NCBI GenBank assembly: GCA_040902395.1
Contig: JBBDXH010000084.1
Span: 1-33,970, forward strand
From: Dehalococcoidia bacterium
Lineage (GTDB): Bacteria; Chloroflexota; Dehalococcoidia; UBA2979
Direction: 5' to 3'
DNA: 33,970 nucleotides
The notes below the pieces were generated by a model that made no database searches, had not been told where the DNA came from, and saw only the letters and a program-made list of their open reading frames with translations. The first letter of the stretch is position 1, and each line of letters starts with the position of its first letter. Below are positions 14,327 to 23,125 of this stretch, piece after piece. The translations under genes and the position numbers were made by a program.

Positions 14327-15019
14327 ATGTCGATCGTCACACTGACCGGTCACCTCGGCTCGATGGGCACCATCGCCGTGCGCGTGGCGCGGGAGCTCGA
14401 CTATGCGCTCGCCGACCGCGAGTTGATGACAGAGGCCGCGGCCGCGCTCGGCTGGCCCGAGGATCAGGTCGCCGCCTTCGACGAGCGCACCAGCGGGCTG
14501 GGCAGCCGGCTCACGCGCCTGCTGCGCGCATTCGTAGAGCGCGCGGGCATGACGAACGTCGACCCGATGATGTCGCCCGGCGCGCTCGAAGCCGTGCTCG
14601 GGCGTACCTACGGCGAAACCGCCGTCGCGGACATGCGACCCGACGACCGCCAGTACATCGACACCCTGCGCTCGGTGATCCTCGAGCTCGCGGAGCGCGG
14701 GTCGGTGGTCATCGTCGGACGCGGCGCACAGGCCCTGCTTGCGGAGCACCCGCACGCGGTACACGTGCGCGTCGCGTGCGACCAGGATGAGCGCATTCGC
14801 CGCGTCGCCGAGCGCGACCAGATGACGGCCGCCGCGGCGGGCGAGCGTGTCCGCGACTCGGACACGCAACGGGAAGCGTGGCACCACAAGTACTTCGCGA
14901 TCGACTACCGGTCGCCGTACCTCTACCACCTCGTCGTGAACTCGGGGAAGGTGAGCGATGCGCTGGCGGCCGAGCTGATCGTCACGCTGTCGCGCAAGAA
15001 GGCGCCGCGCGCCGGATGA
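14327..15019 (+). CDS. Cytidylate kinase-like family protein (function unknown), 230 aa
   Basis: ATG at 14327. N-terminus MSIVTLTGHLGSMGTIAVRVARELDY has a P-loop-like turn lacking the Lys, as in the cytidylate-kinase-like family. VIVGRGAQ and HVRVxxxxxxRIRRV motifs are present. Confidence 0.7.
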   Translation: MSIVTLTGHLGSMGTIAVRVARELDYALADRELMTEAAAALGWPEDQVAAFDERTSGLGSRLTRLLRAFVERAGMTNVDPMMSPGALEAVLGRTYGETAVADMRPDDRQYIDTLRSVILELAERGSVVIVGRGAQALLAEHPHAVHVRVACDQDERIRRVAERDQMTAAAAGERVRDSDTQREAWHHKYFAIDYRSPYLYHLVVNSGKVSDALAAELIVTLSRKKAPRAG

Positions 15020-15074
15020 ACGCGACCGCTGAGGCCGGCGTCCTCGGCGACCGTTCCCCTCGCCGCCACACCGC

Positions 15075-16310
15075 GTGACCGCGCGCGACGAGGCCGGCGC
15101 TCGCGCCGGTACCCCGCCCGTGGAGCTGTTCACGCGCCCGTACCTGCTCGCAATCGTGGCCGTGCACGCGTACTTCGTGTCGTACTACATGTCGCTCGTC
15201 CAGATCCCGAAGGTGCTCGAACACGAGCCGGACTGGGTCGTCGGTCTCGTCGTCGGCATGCTGGGCATCGCCGGGATGGTCACCCGGCCGCTGGTCGGCG
15301 TGTGGGTGGACGCGGGCAACCGCCAGCGGTGGTTGCGCATCGGCGCAGCAGCGACCGTGGTCGCGTTCGCCGGCTACGCGTTCGACCTCGGCCCCTGGTG
15401 GGCGCTCCCATTGCGCGCCGTGCACGGCATCGCGATGGGGCTCTTCACGACGGCACTGCTGGCGATCGTCACCGGTCTGCTCCCGCCCGACCGCCGTGGG
15501 TTCGGCGTCGGGGTCTATCAGACGTCGAATACGGTCGCCGGCCTGTACAGCGCCGCCCTGGCGATCTGGCTGATCAGCACGGCTTCGTTCACGGCCGCGT
15601 TCATGATCGCGGCCGGCGCCGCCGGCATGGCGCTGCTCTTCGGCGCGCTCGTGGGCGACCCCGATCCGCCGGAGGCCGCCCCCGCCGCGCCGCGCGTGCC
15701 GCTGCGCGCGCGCCGCTGGATCTCCACGACGGCGCTGCTCCCGGCGGCGGTCTTCCTCACGGTGACTACGCCGTTCGGCGCGGTCACGACCTTCCTCCCG
15801 CTCTTCGCCGATGAACGCTCGCTCGGCAACGTGGGCTTCTTCTACACGGCGCTCGCGCTGGCGCAGCTCACCGCGCGCTCATCGTCGGGTTGGCTCTCGG
15901 ACCGGCTCGGACGCACGCGCGTAGTCGTGCCCGCGCTCGCGGTCGCGGTGCTCGGTGGGATCGTGCTCGCGAGCGCGCACCGGCAGTCCACGCTGCTCGC
16001 CGCCGCGGCCCTGTACGGGCTCGGCATCGCCGGCACACAGACCAGCATCGTCGCGCTGATCGTCGATCGCACGCCGCGCGGCGCGCTCGGTTCTGCGATG
16101 GCGACCTACACCATGGCCTGGGACGTCGGCTCCGTGATCGGGAGCGTGCTCCTCGGCGTCGTCGCCGGCGCCACGTCGTACGGGACCGTGTTCGCGCTGT
16201 GCGCCCTCTTCCCGGTGCTCGGCATCGCGCTCTTCCTCGGCCGCGTACGCGACCGTCCGCGCGGCACCGGCGCTCGCGCAGACGAGTCTCGGCTTGCGGC
16301 GGGCGGCTGA
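15075..16310 (+). CDS. MFS transporter, 411 aa
   Basis: GTG start. About 12 hydrophobic segments. MFS loop 2-3 motif GMVTRPLVGVWVDAGNRQR and second-half motif GWLSDRLGRTRV. Confidence 0.85.
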   Translation: MTARDEAGARAGTPPVELFTRPYLLAIVAVHAYFVSYYMSLVQIPKVLEHEPDWVVGLVVGMLGIAGMVTRPLVGVWVDAGNRQRWLRIGAAATVVAFAGYAFDLGPWWALPLRAVHGIAMGLFTTALLAIVTGLLPPDRRGFGVGVYQTSNTVAGLYSAALAIWLISTASFTAAFMIAAGAAGMALLFGALVGDPDPPEAAPAAPRVPLRARRWISTTALLPAAVFLTVTTPFGAVTTFLPLFADERSLGNVGFFYTALALAQLTARSSSGWLSDRLGRTRVVVPALAVAVLGGIVLASAHRQSTLLAAAALYGLGIAGTQTSIVALIVDRTPRGALGSAMATYTMAWDVGSVIGSVLLGVVAGATSYGTVFALCALFPVLGIALFLGRVRDRPRGTGARADESRLAAGG

Positions 16311-16330
16311 TCGCCGGCCCCGCGGCGCCG

Positions 16331-16951
16331 TCAGAGGTCCGCCCACATCCACGGGTAGCGGGCACGGTGCTGCCGGCGCAACGTCGCGACGCGGGCGCGC
16401 GTCGACGGCTCGGCAAGCCCGGACGACGTCATCACCATGGCGTCCTCGCCGTCGTCGGTGTAGTAGCCCTTGAGCCGCCCGGCGACCGTGAGACCGAAGC
16501 GCTCGTACAGCGCTCGAGCGCGCGCGTTCGACTCGCGGACCTCGAGCGCAATCGTCGCCAGCTCCGCCTCGTACGCGAGCGCGAAACACTCGAGCAGCAG
16601 CCGTGCGCCGAGCCCCTCGCCCTGCCGCCCGGGGTCGACGGCGATCGTCGCGATGTGCAGCTGATCCTCCATGAACCACACGCCGACGAAGCCGACGAGC
16701 GGCGGACCGCCACGTCCGAGTAGCCAGCGCCGCCAGCCGCGTCGCTGCGCCGTCTGCGCGCCCGAGCCGTCCCCGCCCTCCTCGATCGCGACGAGATAGC
16801 GCGCGAACGCGTTGCGGAGCTCGTGCTCAAAGGTGCGCCGGGACCACGCGTCGGGATACGCAGCGCTTTCCACGCGGCGCACGGCCGAAAGATCCTCGTC
16901 GGTCATGTCCCGGAGCACGAGGCGCGGCTCGCGCCCCGCGTCCGCCGTCAT
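16331..16951 (-). CDS. rimI: Ribosomal-protein-alanine N-acetyltransferase (RimI-like GNAT), 206 aa
   Basis: Motifs: DLSAVRRVESAAYPDAWS, IATIAVDPGRQGEGLGARLL, LEVRESNARARALYERFGL, and GRLKGYY..DGEDAMVM. Confidence 0.8.
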   Translation of the reverse strand: MTADAGREPRLVLRDMTDEDLSAVRRVESAAYPDAWSRRTFEHELRNAFARYLVAIEEGGDGSGAQTAQRRGWRRWLLGRGGPPLVGFVGVWFMEDQLHIATIAVDPGRQGEGLGARLLLECFALAYEAELATIALEVRESNARARALYERFGLTVAGRLKGYYTDDGEDAMVMTSSGLAEPSTRARVATLRRQHRARYPWMWADL

Positions 16952-16972
16952 CCCGGCGCGTCCCGTATACGC

Positions 16973-17000
16973 AGTGTCCTTATGAGCACATACGTTCTAA
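16973..17000 (-). promoter_or_regulatory. Candidate rimI promoter (TTAGAA-16 nt-GACACT on the minus strand) in the most AT-rich patch of the window
   Basis: The minus strand reads GCTTAGAACGTATGTGCTCATAAGGACACTGCGTATACGGG, ending 13 nt before the rimI ATG. Motif match only. Confidence 0.25.
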
Positions 17001-17117
17001 GCTGCGCCCGCACCGCGACTGTCGTCCAGGCATCCGCCGCGCGACGGGGGAGCGCGGGGCCCGTGTCGCCCCCGGCGCGCGGGCTCCGCGCGAGCGCAAC
17101 CGGCGCGCGGCTCCGGG

Positions 17118-17534
17118 TCATCGCGAGACGGCTGGGCAGCTCAGGTCGACGCGCGTGTGCACCTTTTCGCCGAGCGTGTTGCACAGCGGGCACTCGCACG
17201 ACGCGATCTCGATTGCCTCGTGCTGCTCGAGCAGCGCGGGGTCGACGACCTCGAGACGAATCGCCACGTCGATGCGGTCGATGCGCGCAGGGTTCGGGAT
17301 GATCGCGGCCTCGAGCACGGCGGACGCATGGAGCACCTCAGCGTCGCGCAGCAGTGCGTGGTTCAGCAGCGCGCCGAGCGTGCAGTTGCCGACCGCGATC
17401 AGCAGGAGTTCGGTCGAGGTGTAGCCCACCGGTCCCTCGTCCGCCGCGGGCGTGCGGATGTTCGTGAAGTGCCTGCCGCGCGCCTCGAACACGATTCGTG
17501 CGCGCTCGCGGTAGTCCGCCGTCACCGTCGCCAT
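17118..17534 (-). CDS. OsmC family protein, 138 aa
   Basis: ATG at 17534 with GGGAGGGG upstream. Motifs: STELLLIAVGNCTLG and IEIASCECPLCNTL. The N-terminal 42 codons of the track ORF are rejected. Confidence 0.82.
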   Translation of the reverse strand: MATVTADYRERARIVFEARGRHFTNIRTPAADEGPVGYTSTELLLIAVGNCTLGALLNHALLRDAEVLHASAVLEAAIIPNPARIDRIDVAIRLEVVDPALLEQHEAIEIASCECPLCNTLGEKVHTRVDLSCPAVSR

Positions 17535-17578
17535 CAGCCCCTCCCTCGCCGAGACACGTGTCGGCGGCATGATACCGG

Positions 17579-17618
17579 CGAGCTGGTGTTCGCCTGCCGA
17601 ACACCAGTTCTGTATAGT
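17579..17618 (+). promoter_or_regulatory. Two adjacent LexA (SOS) box-like sites overlapping a TGTATAGT -10-like element upstream of ruvB
   Basis: CGAGCTGGTGTTCG at 17579-17592 has one mismatch to CGAAC-N4-GTTCG. CGAACACCAGTTCT at 17598-17611 matches GAAC-N4-GTTC. Together they form a perfect 10-bp inverted repeat, 17583-17592/17598-17607. TATAGT lies at 17613-18, and the ruvB ATG is at 17639. Confidence 0.5.
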
Positions 17619-17638
17619 GGCGTACGCAGGAGGGCCCG

Positions 17639-18685
17639 ATGTCCGAACGTGCCGGACCACTGACGCCAGCCCTCACCGACGACGATGCCGGCGTCGAGTC
17701 GACGCTTCGTCCTCGGCGCCTGGAGCAGTACTTCGGCCAGGAGCGCATCAAGGAGAGCCTGCTCATCGGCATCGAGGCGGCGCGCATGCGCGAGGAGCCG
17801 CTCGACCATCTCCTCTTCCACGGCCCGCCCGGACTGGGCAAGACGACACTCGCGATGATCGTCGCCGCCGAAATGGGCGTCTCGATCCGCATCACCTCCG
17901 GCCCGGCGATCGAACGCGCGGGCGATCTCGCCTCGCTGCTCACCAGCCTCCAGCCCGGCGACATCCTCTTCATCGACGAGATCCACCGGCTCTCGCTCGC
18001 GGTCGAGGAGGTGCTCTATCCGGCGATGGAGGACTTCTCCGTCGATATCATCCTCGGCAAAGGCCCCAAGTCCCGGGACGTGCGCCTCAAACTGCATCGC
18101 TTCACGCTGATCGGTGCGACGACGCGCTTCGCGCTCGTCTCACAGCCGCTGCGCGACCGCTTCGGTGCGTCCTACCGGCTGGAGTTCTACGACGAAGCGG
18201 CCCTCGCGCAGATCGTGCGTCGGTCCGCTGTCGTGCTCCACTGCCGCATCGACGAGGGCGGCGTCGGCGAGATCGCGCGACGCTCGCGCGGAACGGCGCG
18301 CGTGGCGAACCGCCTGCTCCGCCGCGTGCGCGACTACGCCGACGTGCGGGCCGACGGCGTGATCACCAGCGCAGTCGCGTCGGACGCACTCGCCCAGCTG
18401 CAGATCGACGGGCTCGGACTGGACCAGATGGACCGCGAACTGATGACCGCGCTCGCCGAGCGCTTCGGTGGCGGCCCCGTCGGCCTCGAGACGCTCGCCG
18501 CCGCAATCTCGGATGAGTCCGACACGATCATGGACGTCTACGAGCCATACCTGCTCAAGATCGGCTTTCTCCAGCGCACGCCCCGCGGGCGCATCCTCAC
18601 GCGCCTCGGCTACGGACACCTCGGGCTCGAAGCGCCGACCGGCGCCGGACTCATGCAGTCGTCGCTGTTCGACGACGACGAGTAG
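17639..18685 (+). CDS. ruvB: Holliday junction branch migration DNA helicase RuvB, 348 aa
   Basis: Motifs: [17 protein letters not shown], Walker [12 protein letters not shown], Walker [11 protein letters not shown], and TLIGATTR. Winged-helix C-terminus with [14 protein letters not shown]. Confidence 0.96.
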   Translation: MSERAGPLTPALTDDDAGVESTLRPRRLEQYFGQERIKESLLIGIEAARMREEPLDHLLFHGPPGLGKTTLAMIVAAEMGVSIRITSGPAIERAGDLASLLTSLQPGDILFIDEIHRLSLAVEEVLYPAMEDFSVDIILGKGPKSRDVRLKLHRFTLIGATTRFALVSQPLRDRFGASYRLEFYDEAALAQIVRRSAVVLHCRIDEGGVGEIARRSRGTARVANRLLRRVRDYADVRADGVITSAVASDALAQLQIDGLGLDQMDRELMTALAERFGGGPVGLETLAAAISDESDTIMDVYEPYLLKIGFLQRTPRGRILTRLGYGHLGLEAPTGAGLMQSSLFDDDE

Positions 18686-18693
18686 CCGGCTCC

Positions 18694-19092
18694 GTGGCGC
18701 CCCGTACGCGCGTCAGCTCCGGCGGTCCGTGGGAGGAGCGCATCGGCTACTCGTCCTTCCGCCAGGCCGGAAGGATCGGCGATCGCGTATGGGTGAGCGG
18801 CACGACGGGCACGCACCCGGACGGCGCGATCCCGCCGGCACCCGACGCGCAGGCGCGGCTGGCGCTCGCAACGATCGCGCGCGCCCTCGACGAAGCCGGC
18901 GCCTCGCTCGCGGACGTCGTCTCCGCACGGTGCTTCGTGATCGACCTGGCGGACTGGGACCTGATGGTCCCCGTGGTGCGCGAGCACTTCGGTGCAGTGC
19001 GCCCGGCGATGACGATGGTGCGCGTCGCCGGCCTGATCGACCCGCGCCACCGCATCGAGATCGAGGTCGAGGCGGTGATCGGGTCGGCATGA
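18694..19092 (+). CDS. RidA/YjgF family protein, 132 aa
   Basis: GTG start 8 nt after ruvB. Motifs: VWVSGTTG, LATIARALDEAGASLADVV, and the C-terminal RIEIEVEAV typical of the family. Confidence 0.82.
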   Translation: MAPRTRVSSGGPWEERIGYSSFRQAGRIGDRVWVSGTTGTHPDGAIPPAPDAQARLALATIARALDEAGASLADVVSARCFVIDLADWDLMVPVVREHFGAVRPAMTMVRVAGLIDPRHRIEIEVEAVIGSA

Positions 19093-19163
19093 GAAGCACG
19101 CGAATACCACCCGTGACCGCCATCCCTGCCGTGTGCCCGCCCGTCCGCTGCGGCGTCATGCCG

Positions 19164-19191
19164 TCCCGCGAGGGGCATGCGCCTCGCGGGA
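19164..19191. terminator. Hairpin between convergent genes (possible bidirectional terminator)
   Basis: TCCCGCGAGG (19164-19173) and CCTCGCGGGA (19182-19191) form a perfect 10-bp stem with an 8-nt loop. There is no clear U-tract. Confidence 0.4.
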
Positions 19192-19218
19192 ACGCGTCGG
19201 CCGCGCGAGCGTTCGCGG

Positions 19219-19638
19219 TCAGCTACGAATGATCGTGTAGGTCGCGCGACCGACCGCGACCAGCGTGTCGGCCTCGTCTCTGACCTCGACTGCCACGAAC
19301 GCGAGCACCCGTCCGCCGCGCAGCACGCGCGCTTCGGCGATCACGGGACCGGTCGCCGCGCTCACAAACGTGACGTTGAGGTCGGTGGTGGCCTGGCCGG
19401 ACCACGTCTCGTCGTCCTCGCGGCGGGTGGTCGCCGTGGCGGCGCCGGCGGCCGCGTCGATCAGCGACGCGATCGCGCCGCCGTGCATGACGTCGGCGCG
19501 GCGCGTGCCGAGCTCCGGTCGCATCTCGAGCCGAAGCCGGACGTGCCCCGACTCCGCGTCGAGCACAGTGATGCCGAGCGTCCGCCAGTACGCGATCTCG
19601 TCGGCAGCGATCAGATCGCGGAGGCGGTCCGCGGTCAC
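19219..19638 (-). CDS. PaaI-family (hotdog fold) thioesterase, 139 aa
   Basis: GTG at 19638 overlaps the pspC-like stop (GTGA at 19635-19638). Motifs: MHGGAIASLIDAAAG and the C-terminal LVAVGRATYTI typical of PaaI/4HBT. Confidence 0.8.
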   Translation of the reverse strand: MTADRLRDLIAADEIAYWRTLGITVLDAESGHVRLRLEMRPELGTRRADVMHGGAIASLIDAAAGAATATTRREDDETWSGQATTDLNVTFVSAATGPVIAEARVLRGGRVLAFVAVEVRDEADTLVAVGRATYTIIRS

Positions 19639-20195
19639 GACGGTCGGTCGGCGTCGTCGCCCGCGGGCGCGGCGGACGGCTGCTCCGGCTGCGCGTCGGC
19701 GCCGCCTCCGGCGCCGGCGGTGGTGGTGTCGGCGGGCGCCGGAGCGTCCGCGCGCCGCGCCGGCTGATGCGCGATGTCGGAGAGCTCCTCGGCCACGGTG
19801 CGAGCGGCGTCCGCGGCGGTGCGCGCGGCGTCCGCGGCGGTGCGCGCCGCCTCGGAGGCGAGGCGAGCGGCGTCGCTGATGCGGTCCGCAGCGCGGCGGG
19901 CGGCGTCGCCCGCCTCCCGGGCAGCGGTGGCGACCTCGCCGGGACGCAGGCGCTCGCGCAGCGGGCGCGGCGCAGCGGGCGCGGAAGCGCCCGCCTCGTC
20001 CAGCTGATCGGGCCGCGGCACGAGCATCCACGCCGCGAGATAGAGCACGATCGCGAGGCCGCCCGTGGGGATGATCGCGATCAGGGCGAGCAGGCGCAGC
20101 AGCGTCGCGTCGAGATCCCAGCGGCGCGCCGCGCCCGCCAGCACCCCGCCCAGCATGGCGTCATCGAGATCACGGGTGAGGCGATCGCCGGTCAT
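19635..20195 (-). CDS. PspC domain-containing membrane protein with an Ala/Arg-rich repetitive tail, 186 aa
   Basis: ATG at 20195 with a strong AAGGAGGA upstream. LTRDLDDAMLGGVLAGAARRWDLDATLLRLLALIAIIPTGGLAIVLYLAAWMLVP matches the PspC-domain pattern. The rest of track ORF 19635..21323 is antisense to htpX. Confidence 0.8.
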   Translation of the reverse strand: MTGDRLTRDLDDAMLGGVLAGAARRWDLDATLLRLLALIAIIPTGGLAIVLYLAAWMLVPRPDQLDEAGASAPAAPRPLRERLRPGEVATAAREAGDAARRAADRISDAARLASEAARTAADAARTAADAARTVAEELSDIAHQPARRADAPAPADTTTAGAGGGADAQPEQPSAAPAGDDADRPS

Positions 20196-20392
20196 CGTTC
20201 GTTCCTCCTTCGCATGAGCGGCCGCATGCGATGGGTCGGTGGGTCGGCGCTCAGCGTAGCGCGAGCCGGCACGCCGGCGACATGGACGCGAATGCGCAGC
20301 GACGCCGGCATGCGGCACGTCTGATTGAGGTCGCCCGCTGCCCGTCGTATGGCGACGTGCGCGCCGACCTGCGCTCGACCGGTCGTCACCGA

Positions 20393-20398
20393 TATAAT
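20393..20398 (+). promoter_or_regulatory. Perfect TATAAT -10 hexamer upstream of htpX
   Basis: GATATAATGAG lies 53 nt before the htpX ATG. I did not find a good -35 element. Confidence 0.35.
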
Positions 20399-20450
20399 GA
20401 GTTCCGTACCGCAACCGCGCGCACCACCGTTCGAAGAGTGTGAATCCCCG

Positions 20451-21263
20451 ATGCAGAATCTGAAGACCGTCGTCCTGCTCGCCGCGATCAGCGGCTTGTT
20501 GATCGCGATCGGAGGGGCGATCGGCGGAACCAGCGGCGTGATCGCGTTTGCCGTGATCGCGGCCGTGATGAACTTCGCTTCGTACTGGTTCTCCGCCGAT
20601 ATCGTGCTCCGCACCGCGCACGCCCGCGAGATCGAGCGCTCCGAGGATCCCGAGTTGTTCCGCCTGATCGAGCAGGTGGCCGCGGACGCCGGCATGCCGA
20701 TGCCGCGCGTCTACTCGATCGATTCGCCCCAGCCGAATGCGTTCGCCACCGGACGTGGCCCCAGTCACGCGGCTGTGGCCGTGACCTCCGGGATTCGCGC
20801 GCTGCTGACGCCGCGTGAGCTGCGGGGCGTGCTGGGCCACGAAATGGCGCATGTGAAGAACCGCGACATCCTGACGTCGTCGATCGTGGCGACGATCGCG
20901 TCCGCGATCTCGATGGTCGCGTGGATGTCGCTGTGGTTTGGTGGGCGACGCGATGGCGCGACCGGACTGGTCGCGGCGCTGATCGCGCCGATCGCGGCGA
21001 CGCTCATCCAGCTCGGGATCAGCCGCTCGCGGGAGTACCAGGCAGACAGCGACGGCGCGCGCATCGTGCAGGATCCGGACGCGCTCGCATCGGCGCTCGC
21101 GAAGCTCGAAAGCGGCGCGCGACGCGTGCCGATGCAGGTGCCGGAAGCGACCGCGCACCTCTTTATCGTGAACCCGTTCAGCGGACGCCAGGCCGCGGGG
21201 CTGTTCGCCACACACCCGCCGATTGAGCAGCGCATCGAGCGCCTGCGGCGTATGCGCGTCTAG
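20451..21263 (+). CDS. htpX: Zinc metalloprotease HtpX (peptidase M48), 270 aa
   Basis: ATG at 20451 (MQNLKTVVLLA..). Motifs: NAFATG, HEMAH zinc motif (GHEMAHVKNRD), SRSREYQADSDGA, and THPPIEQRIERL. Confidence 0.93.
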   Translation: MQNLKTVVLLAAISGLLIAIGGAIGGTSGVIAFAVIAAVMNFASYWFSADIVLRTAHAREIERSEDPELFRLIEQVAADAGMPMPRVYSIDSPQPNAFATGRGPSHAAVAVTSGIRALLTPRELRGVLGHEMAHVKNRDILTSSIVATIASAISMVAWMSLWFGGRRDGATGLVAALIAPIAATLIQLGISRSREYQADSDGARIVQDPDALASALAKLESGARRVPMQVPEATAHLFIVNPFSGRQAAGLFATHPPIEQRIERLRRMRV

Positions 21264-21344
21264 CGCCCGGGGCAGCGGCGATCCGGAGCAGACGGGGCGC
21301 ACCCGCGCGCTCGCGGTATGCATTGCGAGGCGCGCCGTAGGCGG

Positions 21345-22325
21345 TCAGCGCGCCGGCGTCGAGGCGCCGATCGCGAGCGGAAAGCGCACGCGAACGCAGG
21401 TGCCGTCGGCGAGGTCAGGGTCGATCCAGACCGAGCCTCCGAGGCTCGTGACGAGGTCGCGCACCGTCGCCAGCCCGAGGCCGGAGCCCTGGCCGGCCGC
21501 GTTCGAGCCGCGCACGCGCTCCAGGAAGACTCGCTCGCGCTCGTCCTCCCGGATCCCGCGACCCTCGTCGCGCACGGCGATGTCGACGCCGTACGCGCGT
21601 TCGCTCCCGACGATCTGCACGCGCGGTGCGGTGCCGGACTTCGTGTAGCGCAGCCCGTTCTGAACGAGATTCTCGAAGATGCGGTAGTACGCCGCTTCGC
21701 TGCCGCGGACCGGGGGCAGTGACCCGACCGATACCAGCGCGTGGCTGCGGGTGATGTCGGCGCCCAGCGAGAGGATCACGTCCCTGAGCACGGAGTTGAG
21801 GTCGACCAACACGGCCGGTGCGCGCGCCTCGGAGCGCTCGCCGAGGCTGGCGGCGAGCGTGGCATCTACGAGCATGCGCGATCGTGTGGACGCACGCGTC
21901 GCCCGCTCGGCGGCGGCCTTCGCAGCCGCCGGCAGCGGGCCGAACTCGCCGGCGGCGAGCAATTCGAGGTAGGAGTTCACGGTCACCAGGGGCGCGCGCA
22001 TGTCATGCGCCACGGCTGCCGTTTGCCGCCGGAGCGCGGCGTAGTCACTCAGGAGACGTGCCATCTCATCGCGCAAGACGCGACGCATGGAACGCATTCG
22101 CTGCAGGATCACCGCGGCGGCAAGCGCGAGCCATGCGTGCAGGAACAGCACGGCCGACAACAGGACCGCCCGCTCGCCCGCGCGGGATGCGGCGATCAGG
22201 GCAACGCTCAGCGCCACGGCTTCGAGCAGCGCCAGCGCCCAGGAGGCGGCGCCCGGCCGGCGGATGCGCTGCGCCGCGAGGTGAAGTGTGTGAGGCCTCG
22301 TTGCCATGACCCGCCTATCAGCCAT
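21345..22325 (-). CDS. Sensor histidine kinase, two closely spaced TM helices, no adjacent response regulator, approx. 326 aa
   Basis: H-box AAVAHDMRAPL. N-box IFENLVQNGLRYT. G-boxes VRDEGRGI and GSGLGLATV. The start could be 22325 (MADRRVMATRP) or 22307. Confidence 0.85.
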   Translation of the reverse strand: MADRRVMATRPHTLHLAAQRIRRPGAASWALALLEAVALSVALIAASRAGERAVLLSAVLFLHAWLALAAAVILQRMRSMRRVLRDEMARLLSDYAALRRQTAAVAHDMRAPLVTVNSYLELLAAGEFGPLPAAAKAAAERATRASTRSRMLVDATLAASLGERSEARAPAVLVDLNSVLRDVILSLGADITRSHALVSVGSLPPVRGSEAAYYRIFENLVQNGLRYTKSGTAPRVQIVGSERAYGVDIAVRDEGRGIREDERERVFLERVRGSNAAGQGSGLGLATVRDLVTSLGGSVWIDPDLADGTCVRVRFPLAIGASTPAR

Positions 22326-22441
22326 CTCGGTCTCGTGACATACCGTATGCACGCAGTGTCGGCGCACACATCGGTGATCACCCTGACAGGTTATGGACGG
22401 AAGCAGTGCCGACGGGATCGCGGGATCGGCGGGATGCGCGC

Positions 22442-23029
22442 ATGGATGAGGAGCAGATCCGCGCAAGCACCGCGGACGAGCTGCCCCGGAGACTGCTCGC
22501 GCACATCGATCGCGTCGTCGCGCTTGGCGCGGCGCTGGCGGCACGGCACGGCCTGGCGGTCGCCACTGTGCGGCTGGCCGCGCGCGGGCATGACCTGCTG
22601 CGGGCAGTCCCTCCCGCGGAGCTGCTCGCCCGCGCGGAGCGGCGGGGGCTCCCGATCGATCCGGTCGAGCGCCGCGAGCCCGTGCTGCTGCACGGGCCAC
22701 TGGCCGCGCTCGAACTCGCCGAGCGCTTCGCCATCGCCGATCCCGATGTGCTGTTCGCGATCCGCTGGCATACCACCGGCCACCCCGACTACTCGCCGGA
22801 GGCGTGGGCCATGTTCGTCGCGGACAAGGTCGAACCGGACAAGGTGCGACGCCGGCCCGAACTGGAGCGCGTGCGGACGCTGGCCGAAGCGGACCTCGAG
22901 GCTGCCGCGCTCGCGTACCTGGACCTCTCGCTCCAGGCAGCGGTGGCTGAGGGCTGGCAGCTGCACCCGATGGCGAACAACGCCCGCAACGCGCTCATCG
23001 CCCGCGTGGGCAGTCGTGCGCGCGCTTGA
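22442..23029 (+). CDS. yqeK: HD-domain protein, YqeK-like (bis(5'-nucleosyl)-tetraphosphatase family), 195 aa
   Basis: ATG at 22442. The ordered motifs H..(ARG)HDLLR..LLHG..RWHTTG..VADKVEP match the YqeK HD pattern. Confidence 0.7.
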   Translation: MDEEQIRASTADELPRRLLAHIDRVVALGAALAARHGLAVATVRLAARGHDLLRAVPPAELLARAERRGLPIDPVERREPVLLHGPLAALELAERFAIADPDVLFAIRWHTTGHPDYSPEAWAMFVADKVEPDKVRRRPELERVRTLAEADLEAAALAYLDLSLQAAVAEGWQLHPMANNARNALIARVGSRARA

Positions 23030-23075
23030 CGTAGCAGCGACGATGACGGCGCACCGCGGGCGCATGACCGCATGG

Positions 23076-23102
23076 AAAAGGGCCGCCCGATGGGCGGCCC
23101 TT
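23076..23102 (-). terminator. Intrinsic terminator of the acyl-CoA dehydrogenase operon
   Basis: The minus strand reads AAGGGCCGCCC-ATC-GGGCGGCCCTT followed by TTCC, giving an 11-bp perfect stem and a T-run that includes the stem's terminal TT. It lies 24 nt downstream of the stop at 23126. Confidence 0.75.
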
Positions 23103-23125
23103 CGCGCTGTGCGGCGTGGCGGGCG

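Noticed and set aside
20196-21323. Upstream part of the 562-aa minus-strand ORF 19635..21323
   Set aside because: This part is antisense to htpX and Arg/His/Asp-rich. The PspC-domain protein starts at ATG 20195, which has a strong AAGGAGGA RBS.
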